From a virus: a stretch of 64,000 bases of DNA. The stretch covers positions 52,031-116,030 of IMG/VR virus record IMGVR_UViG_3300025508_000006, one strand, 5' to 3'. Positions 46,871 through 57,038 of this stretch are shown one piece after another. Position numbers and translations under genes: made by a program. Each line of letters begins with the position of its first letter. Position 1 is the first letter of the stretch. Under the pieces are notes generated by a model. The model did not search any database. It saw only the letters and a program-made list of their open reading frames with translations, and was not told where the DNA came from.

Positions 46871-47314
46871 ATGGATTTACAAACTGTTCTACAAGAATGG
46901 AAGAAAGACTGTGAAATTGAGTTTAACCAATTAGACGTTAGTTCCCAGGAGACACCCCGTCTTCATGCTAAGTATCTAACATTACTCTCTGACTCGCGCC
47001 TGAAGTTAAAGGACGTGGAGTTCAAACAGAAATTACTGCTTAAAGATAAGTGGTTATATTACCAAGGCAAGATGTCTCGCGAAGAGATCGAGAAGAAGGG
47101 TTGGAATCCTGATCCTTTTGATGGTCTGAAGATTCTTAAAGGTGAGATGGATTACTACTACAACTCTGACCCCGAGATCATGAAGAGCGAGGCAAGAATC
47201 ACATATATAAAAGAACTAATCGATGTGTTGAAAGAAATAGTCGAGAACATTAAGTGGCGACACCAAACGATTGGAAATATGATACGATGGAAGCAATTTG
47301 AAGCAGGATTCTAA
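46871..47314 (+). CDS. uvsY: recombination mediator UvsY
   Basis: W.KD..I, P.LHAKYL, W.YY.GK and I.N.I.W..F.AG motifs. Confidence 0.88.
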   Translation: MDLQTVLQEWKKDCEIEFNQLDVSSQETPRLHAKYLTLLSDSRLKLKDVEFKQKLLLKDKWLYYQGKMSREEIEKKGWNPDPFDGLKILKGEMDYYYNSDPEIMKSEARITYIKELIDVLKEIVENIKWRHQTIGNMIRWKQFEAGF

Positions 47315-48790
47315 ATGCAAACAATAACCCTGAAAATGAAAGATTACTCGATGCTCCAATTGGTGGAGTGTGACCCTGATGTGGTCCATGAATTGAGTGA
47401 ACACTTTACATTTGAGGTACCTGGTGCGAAGTTCATGCCCGCTGTAAAGAAGCGGTTGTGGGACGGCAAGATAAGAATGCTGGATCGTAACACAGGACAG
47501 ATCAATGCAGGGTTATACTATGCTATAAAGAAGTTTGCTATGCAACGTGGGTATGGCATCAAGGTGGACGAAGGTGCTTACGGTTTCCCGTACGAAACTA
47601 ACAAAGTCAATCACTTAGAGACCATGAATTGGATGGATACTTTAGGTATTCCATTCAAACCTCGCGACTATCAGTATGATGCTATAACACACGCTATCAC
47701 ATATAAGCGATGTATTCTAATATCTCCGACTGGTTCTGGCAAATCCTTTATCATCTATCTGTTAATGCAATGGTACATGGCGAATCATGATAAGAAGATT
47801 CTTGTTATTGTTCCGACAACATCTCTTGTTGAGCAGATGTATGCTGACTTTAAATCATACGGAATGGATGTAGATAACGAAGTACACAAGATTTATTCTG
47901 GTAAAGATAAAGAGACTGATAAGCGTATTGTTGTCACAACATGGCAGTCCATCTATAAGTTACACCCAGTTTGGTTCGAAGACTATGGTGCTATCTTTGG
48001 TGATGAAGTACATGGATTCAAGTCGAAGTCCTTATCATCTATTATGAACAAAGCAAAGAATGCTGAATATAGATGGGGAACTACCGGCACACTTGATGGC
48101 ACACAAGTACATAAGTTGGTGTTAGAGGGATTATTTGGTCCGGTACATCGCGTTACAACAACACACGCACTACAAGAAAATGAGACATTGGCAAAACTAG
48201 ACATCGACATTATACTATTAAAGTATGCCGAAGAGTTTTGTAAATTAACAGAAGGTAGGAGTTACCAAGATGAAATCGATTTTATTGTTACTTACGAAAA
48301 ACGTAACAACTTCATTGCAAACTTGGCGGTCAATCAAACTGGAAATACACTTGTATTATTTAACTTGGTTGATAAGCATGGCAAGGTGCTTCGGGATTTA
48401 GTAGAAGATAAACTCAAAGAAGGTCAAAGGATATTCTATGTTAGTGGGGAGACGAAGACAGCAGATAGAGAACAGATCCGTAATATCGTTGATAAGCATA
48501 ATAATTGTATCATTGTTGCCTCTCTTGGCACTTTTTCTACTGGTATTAACATACGAAATCTGCACAATATTATATTCGCGTCTCCGAGCAAGTCTCAAAT
48601 ACGTGTACTCCAGTCTATCGGGCGTGGGTTAAGACAGAGTGATGATGGTTCAACTGCCAAATTATATGATATAGCGGATGATCTACATATAGGTAAGAAA
48701 GCAAACTTTACTCTTCGCCATAGTGCAGAGAGGATAAAAATCTACACGGCAGAGCAGTTTCCCTATAAGATAACACAGGTTGATATATGA
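47315..48790 (+). CDS. uvsW: SF2 helicase UvsW
   Basis: WDGKI, PRDYQ, SPTGSGKS, DEVH, GTFSTGINI and QSIGRGLR motifs. Confidence 0.96.
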   Translation: MQTITLKMKDYSMLQLVECDPDVVHELSEHFTFEVPGAKFMPAVKKRLWDGKIRMLDRNTGQINAGLYYAIKKFAMQRGYGIKVDEGAYGFPYETNKVNHLETMNWMDTLGIPFKPRDYQYDAITHAITYKRCILISPTGSGKSFIIYLLMQWYMANHDKKILVIVPTTSLVEQMYADFKSYGMDVDNEVHKIYSGKDKETDKRIVVTTWQSIYKLHPVWFEDYGAIFGDEVHGFKSKSLSSIMNKAKNAEYRWGTTGTLDGTQVHKLVLEGLFGPVHRVTTTHALQENETLAKLDIDIILLKYAEEFCKLTEGRSYQDEIDFIVTYEKRNNFIANLAVNQTGNTLVLFNLVDKHGKVLRDLVEDKLKEGQRIFYVSGETKTADREQIRNIVDKHNNCIIVASLGTFSTGINIRNLHNIIFASPSKSQIRVLQSIGRGLRQSDDGSTAKLYDIADDLHIGKKANFTLRHSAERIKIYTAEQFPYKITQVDI

Positions 48791-49275
48791 TGAATGAATT
48801 AGATTTTGCACAATTTAAGTTGACGAGTGGACATGAGATAGTATGTGAGGTATTAGAGTGGACTGATCCAAATATTTCGGACTCTAAAGATATCATTATT
48901 AAAAATGTTATGCAGATAGTGAGTGGTCAAATGAATGATAGTGGTGAAAGCATTTTCTTATTCCGTCCTTTCGTTCAATTTTGTGAAGGTGAGAAAGAGT
49001 ATATGGTGCTGGATATGAGTCATGTTCTTACGGTGAATCGCCCTAACAAACATCTTTGTGCTGAGTTTATATATGCAGTGCAAGAGATGAATGATATTGC
49101 TTTAGAAAGAGATGAAGAAGTTGCTGAAGCAGAAGAATTATTTGCACAGAACCTAGAGAAGAATAAAGGACGCTTAGAAGCATCGATGAAACGTGTTATG
49201 AGCAAAGATGGTGATAATGTTGTTCAGTTTCCTTTTATGAAGAATAAACCAGAAGACGATGATATTATTCACTGA
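48787..49275 (+). CDS. conserved hypothetical protein downstream of uvsW
   Basis: QFKL.SG.EIVC N-terminus; the usual uvsW-gp55 spacer gene of marine T4-like phages. Confidence 0.7.
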   Translation: MMNELDFAQFKLTSGHEIVCEVLEWTDPNISDSKDIIIKNVMQIVSGQMNDSGESIFLFRPFVQFCEGEKEYMVLDMSHVLTVNRPNKHLCAEFIYAVQEMNDIALERDEEVAEAEELFAQNLEKNKGRLEASMKRVMSKDGDNVVQFPFMKNKPEDDDIIH

Positions 49276-49319
49276 GTGTCTAAAGAGTTTTTCTTTGTGA
49301 TTAAAAACGTGCTAAGTGC

Positions 49320-49348
49320 ATTATACTATAAATGAGAAAGGATGTCAA
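49320..49348 (-). promoter_or_regulatory. consensus sigma70 promoter on the minus strand (antisense)
   Basis: The reverse complement reads TTGACA (49348-49343), 17 nt, TATAAT (49325-49320). Confidence 0.7.
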
Positions 49349-49374
49349 CCTTTTTCTTTAATTAATTTTACTTC

Positions 49375-49403
49375 TTGACAATCGTTCATTAATAGTGTAT
49401 AAT
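49375..49403 (+). promoter_or_regulatory. consensus sigma70 early promoter
   Basis: TTGACA-17 nt-TATAAT. Confidence 0.9.
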
Positions 49404-49435
49404 GGACTCTATATTAAAAGAAATGGCATTATATT

Positions 49436-49885
49436 ATGAAAATTGGTTTCACTTGCTCCGCATTCGATCTGCTACATGCTGGTCACGTACAGATGCTCCG
49501 CAACGCAAAAGAACAATGTGAATATCTTATAGTAGGACTTCAAGTTGACCCACAACTAGATCGCCCCACAAAGAACGCACCCATCCAAACTATCGTTGAA
49601 CGCTACACGCAACTTCAAGCGTGTTCGTATGTTGACGAGATTGTTCCCTACAGCACCGAGCGTGACCTCACTGATATTCTTTCTATGTACGATATAGATG
49701 TACGTATACTGGGCGAAGAATATAAGGACAAAGAGTTTACTGGCAGAGACCTCTGTCGTAAGCGAGGTATGCATATCTACTTCAATGAAAGATCCCACAG
49801 ATTCTCTTCGTCTGATTTAAGACAAAGAGTGGTTGACAATCAGGCAAAAGTGGTGTATAATAAACCAACAAACGAAGTTACATAA
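49436..49885 (+). CDS. cytidylyltransferase, TagD (glycerol-3-phosphate cytidylyltransferase)-like
   Basis: FDLLHAGH (HxGH), YLIVGL, YVDEI and R...SSS motifs. Confidence 0.85.
   Translation: MKIGFTCSAFDLLHAGHVQMLRNAKEQCEYLIVGLQVDPQLDRPTKNAPIQTIVERYTQLQACSYVDEIVPYSTERDLTDILSMYDIDVRILGEEYKDKEFTGRDLCRKRGMHIYFNERSHRFSSSDLRQRVVDNQAKVVYNKPTNEVT
49833..49861 (+). promoter_or_regulatory. consensus sigma70 promoter for gp55
   Basis: TTGACA-17 nt-TATAAT inside the 3' end of the cytidylyltransferase gene. Confidence 0.85.
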
Positions 49886-49911
49886 ACCCTTAACCCGAGT
49901 AAGCAAAGATA

Positions 49912-50523
49912 ATGAAAGAACCAACAAAGAAACTTAAACCAAAAGAGAAACCGCATTACGTTAATAATGCTATGTTCTCACAGGCGGTAGTGGACTATGT
50001 TGCATCTAAGAATGCCGCAGTAGCGAAGGGCGAAGTACCACCAATCGTCACTAACTACATTGCGGAATGCTTTTTAAAGATATGTGAAGGACTATCACAT
50101 AAATCTAACTTCGTCCGATATACGTATCGCGAAGAAATGGTAATGGATGCTGTAGAAAACTGCTTAAAAGCAATTGAAAACTATAATCTTGAAACTGCCA
50201 CACGAACTGGTAAACCTAATGCATTCGCATATTTTACACAGATTAGTTGGTATGCTTTTCTTCGCCGTATTGAGAAAGAGAAGAAGCAACAAGACATTAA
50301 GGTACGCTACTTGTCAGAGAGTGGATTGTCCGAACTAGTTAGTAATGAGTTACTTGATGCTGGAGTACAACAGCAGACACAGGCGTTTGTAGAAGAGTTA
50401 CGTGGTAGAATCGACTATGTTAAGTCCAATGATAGACTCATTAAAGAGTATGCTAAAGACAATAAACGTAAACGTCGAAGTCGCTCTGTTGATTCTGATT
50501 TGACTGGACATTTTGAGGACTAG
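49912..50523 (+). CDS. gp55: late-transcription sigma factor gp55
   Basis: HYVNN, YI.ECFLKI..GLS.K.NF..YTY.EEM..DA.ENCL and NAFAYFTQI..YAFLRRI.KEK.Q motifs. Confidence 0.95.
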   Translation: MKEPTKKLKPKEKPHYVNNAMFSQAVVDYVASKNAAVAKGEVPPIVTNYIAECFLKICEGLSHKSNFVRYTYREEMVMDAVENCLKAIENYNLETATRTGKPNAFAYFTQISWYAFLRRIEKEKKQQDIKVRYLSESGLSELVSNELLDAGVQQQTQAFVEELRGRIDYVKSNDRLIKEYAKDNKRKRRSRSVDSDLTGHFED

Positions 50524-50526
50524 ACC

Positions 50527-51600
50527 TTGAAGATTGCTTTTCTAAATGATACACATTGTGGTGTACGAAATTCTTCTGAAGTCTTTATGGACTATCAAGA
50601 GAGATTCTATCGTGATGTATTCTTTCCATATCTGAAAGAGAACGGGATTACTAAGATTGTGCATCTTGGTGATTATTATGAGAACAGAAAGACTATTAAC
50701 TTTAAGGCACTAGAACACAATCGTAAGATATTCCTAGAGAAACTTCGTGAGTATAAAATACACATGGACATTATCCCGGGTAATCACGATGTGTACTACA
50801 AGAACACGAATCAACTGAATGCTCTAAAAGAACTACTCGGACATTATATGGCAGAGGTTCGTATCATCGAAAAACCTACTGTTGTTAATTATGATGGTCT
50901 TGATTTTGCACTTGTTCCGTGGATAAACCAAGATAACGAAAAGCACACGATGGAGTTTCTTGCTACGTGTAAAGCATCTCATGTAGGTGCGCACTTGGAG
51001 TTAGAAGGGTTTGAGATGCAAGCGGGTATTCCTTGTGTACATGGTATGAAATCATCGACGTTCGATAGATTCGAAATGGTTCTATCTGGTCACTTTCATA
51101 CCAAGTCACAGCAAGGACCGATTCATTATCTTGGGTCACAGTACGAGTTCTTCTGGTCTGATGCACATGATCCTAAGTACTTCCATGTACTAGACACAGA
51201 CACTCGTGAACTGACACCCGTACATAATCCACTACGTATCTTTGAACGTGTGTACTATGACGATACGGTAGAGAAGGCGGATTACAAGTATGGTATTGGT
51301 GAACTACCTGACGTAGATAATAAGTATGTCAAGTTGATTGTGGTGAACAAGTCTAAACCTAAATTGTTCGAGAAGTTCGTGGATCGTTTGCAGATGAAAC
51401 AGATACATGAACTGAAGATTGCAGAGAACTTTTCTGAGTTTATGGGTGATGATGTTGATGATGATAAAATAAATGTTGACTCTACCGAAGATTTGTTGTA
51501 TACTTACATAGACGCTGTAGATACAGTCTTAGACAAAGATCGTATCAAGAATGAAGTTCACCAATTAATGATTGAGGCACAGACCCTAGATATAGTATGA
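50527..51600 (+). CDS. gp47: recombination endonuclease subunit gp47 (Mre11/SbcD-like)
   Basis: D.H.G, HLGD, GNHD and SGHFH phosphoesterase motifs; TTG start after GAGG. Confidence 0.93.
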   Translation: MKIAFLNDTHCGVRNSSEVFMDYQERFYRDVFFPYLKENGITKIVHLGDYYENRKTINFKALEHNRKIFLEKLREYKIHMDIIPGNHDVYYKNTNQLNALKELLGHYMAEVRIIEKPTVVNYDGLDFALVPWINQDNEKHTMEFLATCKASHVGAHLELEGFEMQAGIPCVHGMKSSTFDRFEMVLSGHFHTKSQQGPIHYLGSQYEFFWSDAHDPKYFHVLDTDTRELTPVHNPLRIFERVYYDDTVEKADYKYGIGELPDVDNKYVKLIVVNKSKPKLFEKFVDRLQMKQIHELKIAENFSEFMGDDVDDDKINVDSTEDLLYTYIDAVDTVLDKDRIKNEVHQLMIEAQTLDIV

Positions 51601-53303
51601 TTATTTTTAAAAAACTAAGATATAAGAATTTCTTATCAACGGGTGATAACTTCACAGAGATCCAACTGAATCGTTCTAGGTCTACTCTTGTAGTAGGTCA
51701 GAACGGTGCAGGTAAGTCTACAATGCTGGATGCTCTGTCGTTCGCTCTGTTCGGTAAGGCACATCGGAGTATCACGAAGAATCAGTTAATAAATTCTATC
51801 AACGGTAAAGCAACTGTAGTTGAAGTTGAATTCTCTGTTGGTGTGAGTGAGTATAAGATTCATCGTGGTATTAAACCCAACACTTTTGAGATATGGAAAG
51901 ATAATGTTCTGGTCAATCAGGACAGTCATAATAAAGAATATCAGTCAGTACTTGAGAAGAATATTCTGAAGTTGAATCACAAATCGTTTCACCAGATAGT
52001 TGTTCTTGGATCATCTTCATTTGTTCCATTCATGCAACTGCCTGCTCAACACAGACGAGATGTGATCGAAGACCTACTTGACATTAATGTATTCTCTAAG
52101 ATGAATGGTATTCTTAAAGAGCGTATGTCAGTGCTACGTGAGAAGGGTCGGACTAATCAAGTTCAGTTAGAGTTGATTCGTGATAAAATTAAGAACCAAG
52201 AACGATATGTGAACACACTTCGTCAACTTAGTTCCGAACAGAAAGCGAAGAAGCAGGTAGAGATTACTGAGTTAGGCGAGAAGATTGATGAACGTATAGC
52301 AACTAATACTGCTGATCTTGAGCATGAACTGACACAAGTAAAGTCACAACTTGCTAAGATAAACAAGCAGAGAGTAGAGTTCGAGAAGTACGACCATCAG
52401 TTTCAGGTTAAACAGAAAGAACTTGCAAAGGAAATTAAATTCTATGAAAGTAATGACATCTGTCCAACCTGTGACCAGGACATCGAAGAATCCCTTAAAT
52501 CAGCAAAAACAGCACACGCACGAACTAAGGGAGAAGAACTCGAAGAAGGTAGAACCCAAGCGTCCACTAAAATCAACGAACTCGACGATAGACGTGGAAG
52601 TGTAGAGACTCATAGCAAGCAACTGGTCTCTGCCATTAATGATGTACATATCAGCAATGCTCAAGTGAACGAGTGGCAGAAACGTATGTCAGTTCTTCAG
52701 AATGACCTTATTAAGATTGATGAAGAGACAGCAAGTATTGATGAAGCACTAGAGGCGAAAGCAGAACTCGAAGCGAGTAAGCAAGTTCTACATGATGAAC
52801 ATATCGTGATTGCTGACGAAGGATCATATGGTGTTGTTATAGCAGAACTGTTGAAAGATACTGGTATCAAAACCAAGATCATTAAGCAGTACTTGCCTGT
52901 CATTAATAAACTGACGAATCAGTATCTTCAGATTCTGGACTTCTATGTCTCGTTTGACCTAGATGACACTTTCAAAGAAACTATTCGTTCGCGTCACCGT
53001 GATTCGTTCTCGTATGATTCGTTCTCAGAGGGCGAGAAGCAACGTATCGATCTGGCGTTACTATTTACTTGGCGTATGATCGCTAAGATGAAGAACAGTG
53101 TTGCCACTAATCTGCTGATACTAGATGAGACTTTTGATTCATCTCTTGATGCTGATGGTGTGGATAACCTGACTAAGATAATTGATAGTATGGATGGTGA
53201 TTCTAGCATCTTTGTTATCAGTCATAAAGGAGCAATCCTGGAGCAATACTTTGATTCGAAGATCGAATTCATTAAAGAGAAAAACTTTAGTAAAGTCGCT
53301 TGA
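51597..53303 (+). CDS. gp46: recombination endonuclease subunit gp46 (Rad50/SbcC-like)
   Basis: GQNGAGKST, CPTC zinc hook, FSEGEKQRID, LILDE and ISH motifs. Confidence 0.96.
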   Translation: MIIFKKLRYKNFLSTGDNFTEIQLNRSRSTLVVGQNGAGKSTMLDALSFALFGKAHRSITKNQLINSINGKATVVEVEFSVGVSEYKIHRGIKPNTFEIWKDNVLVNQDSHNKEYQSVLEKNILKLNHKSFHQIVVLGSSSFVPFMQLPAQHRRDVIEDLLDINVFSKMNGILKERMSVLREKGRTNQVQLELIRDKIKNQERYVNTLRQLSSEQKAKKQVEITELGEKIDERIATNTADLEHELTQVKSQLAKINKQRVEFEKYDHQFQVKQKELAKEIKFYESNDICPTCDQDIEESLKSAKTAHARTKGEELEEGRTQASTKINELDDRRGSVETHSKQLVSAINDVHISNAQVNEWQKRMSVLQNDLIKIDEETASIDEALEAKAELEASKQVLHDEHIVIADEGSYGVVIAELLKDTGIKTKIIKQYLPVINKLTNQYLQILDFYVSFDLDDTFKETIRSRHRDSFSYDSFSEGEKQRIDLALLFTWRMIAKMKNSVATNLLILDETFDSSLDADGVDNLTKIIDSMDGDSSIFVISHKGAILEQYFDSKIEFIKEKNFSKVA

Positions 53304-53328
53304 CTTCCCTAGAAACCTGTGTTATAAT
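53300..53328 (+). promoter_or_regulatory. sigma70-type promoter
   Basis: TTGACT-17 nt-TATAAT with an extended -10. Confidence 0.85.
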
Positions 53329-53359
53329 ACACCCATAAACAAACAAACTGAGATATATT

Positions 53360-54034
53360 ATGGAATTAACTGAAAAGACAATGCAAGTTCTCAAGAACTA
53401 TGCTACTATCAACCCAAACATTGTGATCACTGAAGGCAATGTAATCAAGACTGTATCAGAAGCAAAGAACGTTCTAAGTTCTGTTGAACTAGATGTATCG
53501 TTTCCTCAGACATTTGGTATCTATGAACTAAGCGAGTTCCTAAGTGTACTATCTCTGGTAGATTCACCACGACTCAAGTTCGAAGACACTTATGTTCTTG
53601 TAACAGATAGTGCTGGACGCTCACGTATCAAGTACTTCTATTCTGATATTGATATGCTGACTACTCCTTCGAAAGATATCATTATGCCTGAGACTGAAGT
53701 TAAGTTTACACTAGATAGTGCCACTCTATCCAGTATCAAACGTGCGGCATCTGTTCTTGGTCATACTGAAATGTCAGTGTCCGCATCTGATGGTGTTGTA
53801 TCATTGTCTGTGATCGATAACAATGATCGTACATCAAACGTATATTCTATTGATGTTGATGGAGTATTTGCTGAAGAGAAGTTTAACTTTATCTTTAACA
53901 TCTCTAATCTCAAGATGATTGATGGTGATTATGAAGTTGGTATTTCTAAGAAATTAATCTCACATTTTGTGAACAAAGAGAATGGCATCGAATACTGGTG
54001 CGCCCTCGAAAAATCTAGTACTTACGGAGAATAG
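53360..54034 (+). CDS. gp45: sliding clamp gp45
   Basis: LKN.ATIN, F.IY.L.EFL and Y..ALE motifs. Confidence 0.93.
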   Translation: MELTEKTMQVLKNYATINPNIVITEGNVIKTVSEAKNVLSSVELDVSFPQTFGIYELSEFLSVLSLVDSPRLKFEDTYVLVTDSAGRSRIKYFYSDIDMLTTPSKDIIMPETEVKFTLDSATLSSIKRAASVLGHTEMSVSASDGVVSLSVIDNNDRTSNVYSIDVDGVFAEEKFNFIFNISNLKMIDGDYEVGISKKLISHFVNKENGIEYWCALEKSSTYGE

Positions 54035-54036
54035 TA

Positions 54037-54225
54037 ATGAGTAATAATGCAGAAATGACAGACCTGGCAAATCGTATTACACGATCAACTGTAGCAGTAA
54101 TCGACACAGTTGCTGCCCGAGGTGGATTTAAAGGTGAAGAACTAGCAACTATTGGACAGTTGCGTGATCAGTGTATTGCATTGATTCAGATTGTCGAAGA
54201 TGCTCAGGCGCAAGCGGTAGAATAA
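54037..54225 (+). CDS. small hypothetical protein
   Basis: GGAG Shine-Dalgarno; helical ORF containing ID....RG.FKGEEL..IG.LR. Confidence 0.65.
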   Translation: MSNNAEMTDLANRITRSTVAVIDTVAARGGFKGEELATIGQLRDQCIALIQIVEDAQAQAVE

Positions 54226-54229
54226 TTTT

Positions 54230-55069
54230 GTGCTAAGTCTAATCTACAAGATTTATGGTCAACCCTATTTTGTCAGAGATCGAAGACATGCGGGTATCGC
54301 TAATATATTTGGAAGATCGAGACATGTTCTTGATAAATTAAATCTTGGCGATATTTACGGACCTGATAAAGTTTATTTGGACTGCGGTGCTAGTACTGGC
54401 ATTGAATCTGTTTCATATGTAAAACACTTCGGAGAAATACATTCTTTCGAACCCGGTGATGATTATTTTTGTCTTAGGGAAAATTTAAAGAACTATGATA
54501 ACTGTACCGCTCATAGACTTGCGTTAAGCGACGATAATGCTACTGCATCTCTTGTTGTTTACAGGGGAACTGGGAGAACAAATCATCTTGATTTTATTCC
54601 TCCTATTGATAATGATTCTCGCAAACGAATAGGTTCTTCTAAAGTAGTTACTAGAACCTTAGACTCATTTGACTTCTCTAATGTTTCTTATATGAAGATT
54701 GATGTTGAAGGATGTGAATATAATTTATTGCTGGGAGCAAAGGAGTTATTAAAAAATAACAATCCAGTATTAAAGATTGAAATATCAAATATGCACAATG
54801 AAGTAGTTGACTTACTGTATGGATTAGATTATAGTGTAATAGGTTTTGCGATGGATACGTATGTGTATTCATTATCTGATCCTCTTGTGTTCTTTAAGTC
54901 GCCAGATTATTCGAATAATGTATTCTGGAAATCTGGTGACTTTAGTCTATTAGAGTTTAAAGAAAACCATCCAAGAGAATTTGAAAGATACTCTGAGATT
55001 CCGCCGGCAGAAATACCACCTTATAACCCGAACTGGGGTGATTTTTACTTTATGAAATTAAATGATTGA
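54230..55069 (+). CDS. FkbM-family methyltransferase
   Basis: LDCGA.TG, SFEP, ALSD, TLDS and MKIDVEG.E motifs. Confidence 0.85.
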   Translation: MLSLIYKIYGQPYFVRDRRHAGIANIFGRSRHVLDKLNLGDIYGPDKVYLDCGASTGIESVSYVKHFGEIHSFEPGDDYFCLRENLKNYDNCTAHRLALSDDNATASLVVYRGTGRTNHLDFIPPIDNDSRKRIGSSKVVTRTLDSFDFSNVSYMKIDVEGCEYNLLLGAKELLKNNNPVLKIEISNMHNEVVDLLYGLDYSVIGFAMDTYVYSLSDPLVFFKSPDYSNNVFWKSGDFSLLEFKENHPREFERYSEIPPAEIPPYNPNWGDFYFMKLND

Positions 55070-55094
55070 CTTTTTGTTTCGTATGGTGTATAAT
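55066..55094 (+). promoter_or_regulatory. sigma70-type promoter
   Basis: TTGACT-17 nt-TATAAT. Confidence 0.85.
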
Positions 55095-55133
55095 ATACAC
55101 TATTGAAGCATTTTACTATACTATGAGGCATAT

Positions 55134-56069
55134 ATGAGCAAAGACTTTTTATGGGTAGAGAAATATCGCCCACAAACAATTAAAGACACCATCCTTCCTA
55201 AAAAACTAAAAGACGTATTCCTTAAAATCGTAGAAGGCGGCGAGATGCCCAATATGCTTTTTACTGGTACTGCTGGTCTTGGTAAAACAACTGTAGCAAA
55301 AGCACTATGTAAAGAACTAGACTATGATTGTATTGTGGTCAACTGTTCTGAAGATGGTAACATCGATACACTTCGTGGTAAGATTAGACGCTTTGCATCT
55401 TCGGTATCTCTTGGCGGTGACGTTAAAGTTGTTATCCTAGACGAGGCAGATTATCTTAATGCTCAATCAACTCAACCCGCACTACGTGGTTTCATCGAAG
55501 AGTTTGCTGACAACTGTAGATTCATCTTAACTTGTAACTTCAAGAACCGTATCATCGAACCTATCCATTCTCGCTGTGGTGTATATGAATTCAATACATC
55601 TAAGAAAGACATGGGTCAATTGTGTGGTCAGTTCATGGAACGACTCAAGACAATTCTTGATACCGAAGGTGTTACGTACAGTGATAAACTGATTGCTAAC
55701 ATGATTATGAAACATGCTCCTGATTGGAGAAGAGTGATTAATGAATGTCAACGTTATTCAATGGGTGGTCAACTAGACTCTATTGCTATCGATAGTACTG
55801 ATAGTGAAGTTGATCAACTGTTCGCCGCGCTGAAAGCAAAAGACTTTAAGAAGATGCGCTCATGGGTTGTTAATAATGTTGATGTAGATACCTCGACCAT
55901 CTTCCGTTCACTATATGACAAGATGTATGATAGAGTTGATCCGTCATCTATTCCGCAGTTAGTATTAATTCTTGCTGACTATCAATACAAGGCGGCATTT
56001 GTTGCTGACCATGAGTTAAACATTGTTGCTTGTATGACTGAAGTAATGGCAAATGTGGAGATGATCTAA
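55134..56069 (+). CDS. gp44: clamp loader large subunit gp44
   Basis: LWVEKYRP, G.AG.GKTT, ILDEAD and SRC motifs. Confidence 0.96.
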   Translation: MSKDFLWVEKYRPQTIKDTILPKKLKDVFLKIVEGGEMPNMLFTGTAGLGKTTVAKALCKELDYDCIVVNCSEDGNIDTLRGKIRRFASSVSLGGDVKVVILDEADYLNAQSTQPALRGFIEEFADNCRFILTCNFKNRIIEPIHSRCGVYEFNTSKKDMGQLCGQFMERLKTILDTEGVTYSDKLIANMIMKHAPDWRRVINECQRYSMGGQLDSIAIDSTDSEVDQLFAALKAKDFKKMRSWVVNNVDVDTSTIFRSLYDKMYDRVDPSSIPQLVLILADYQYKAAFVADHELNIVACMTEVMANVEMI

Positions 56070-56674
56070 TGATTAACATATATGATTATGAAACATTAGG
56101 CACTGACTTGAATACTGCTCCTGTAGTGAACGTGGCGGCCATGACAGTTGACGAAGATATGTTTCTTTCTGATACACCATACTCTTATATGGACTTAGTT
56201 GGTCTTGCTAAGATAATGAAGTTTGATGTTAAAGAGCAGGTCGAGAAGTATGGACGTATTATAGATAAGAATACACTCGCATGGTGGCAGAAGCAAGGAG
56301 AAGCGGCAATGTCGCAACTCAAACCTCTGTCAACTGACGCATCAATCACAGAACTGCCTGCGTTTCTTCGAGCAACAATGACACCGGGTCAATTAGTGTA
56401 CACTCGTGGCAATTCGTTTGATCCTGTTCTCACTACATCTATATGTAATTTGTTGGGTGCATCAGAACCCTACAGATTCTACGATGTTCGTGACACACGT
56501 ACTATGATCGAAGGTATCGCAATTGGTCATGGTATTAATATCAATAACTCATTCGTACCCAAGGGCGTTAATGATGGTGACTTCATTGCTCACAATCCTG
56601 CACACGATATCGCTATGGACATTTTCAGAATACAGCAGTTGCTAAGAGGTGTATTCTACAATGAACCCTTTTGA
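56069..56674 (+). CDS. DEDDh 3'-5' exonuclease (DexA-like)
   Basis: DYETLG, T..WW, RG..FD, RDTRT and H.P.HD motifs. Confidence 0.8.
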   Translation: MINIYDYETLGTDLNTAPVVNVAAMTVDEDMFLSDTPYSYMDLVGLAKIMKFDVKEQVEKYGRIIDKNTLAWWQKQGEAAMSQLKPLSTDASITELPAFLRATMTPGQLVYTRGNSFDPVLTTSICNLLGASEPYRFYDVRDTRTMIEGIAIGHGININNSFVPKGVNDGDFIAHNPAHDIAMDIFRIQQLLRGVFYNEPF

Positions 56675-57038
56675 TTATGTGATGGCGATTAATCTAAGTA
56701 AGAAAGACCTGATGGTAGATGACCTGACTGAGAAGGGTTATGCTCCATATATGGTAAATAGATCCCTTTCTTACTTCCCTGACACGGTTGCTGTTGCTAA
56801 TGCTATGAATCAGCACTACTCTATTGATAAAAAACTACAATTTCATTTTCTGCTAAATATAGTTAGAAAGAGGAAGCGGTTCTCTAAATGGGATAAAGCG
56901 ACCAAATCTGATGACGTGGATGCAGTTAAAGAGTATTATGGTTATAGCAACGAGAAAGCAAAGTCTGCTCTTAAACTCCTCACACCCGACCAAATAGTAA
57001 GTATTAAAAAAAGGATCTATAAAGGTGGAAGGAATTAA
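56661..57038 (+). CDS. gp62: clamp loader small subunit gp62
   Basis: Y.PYMVNR.LS, RK.KRFSKW and VKEYYGYS.EKA motifs; start taken at ATG 56661. Confidence 0.92.
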   Translation: MNPFDYVMAINLSKKDLMVDDLTEKGYAPYMVNRSLSYFPDTVAVANAMNQHYSIDKKLQFHFLLNIVRKRKRFSKWDKATKSDDVDAVKEYYGYSNEKAKSALKLLTPDQIVSIKKRIYKGGRN

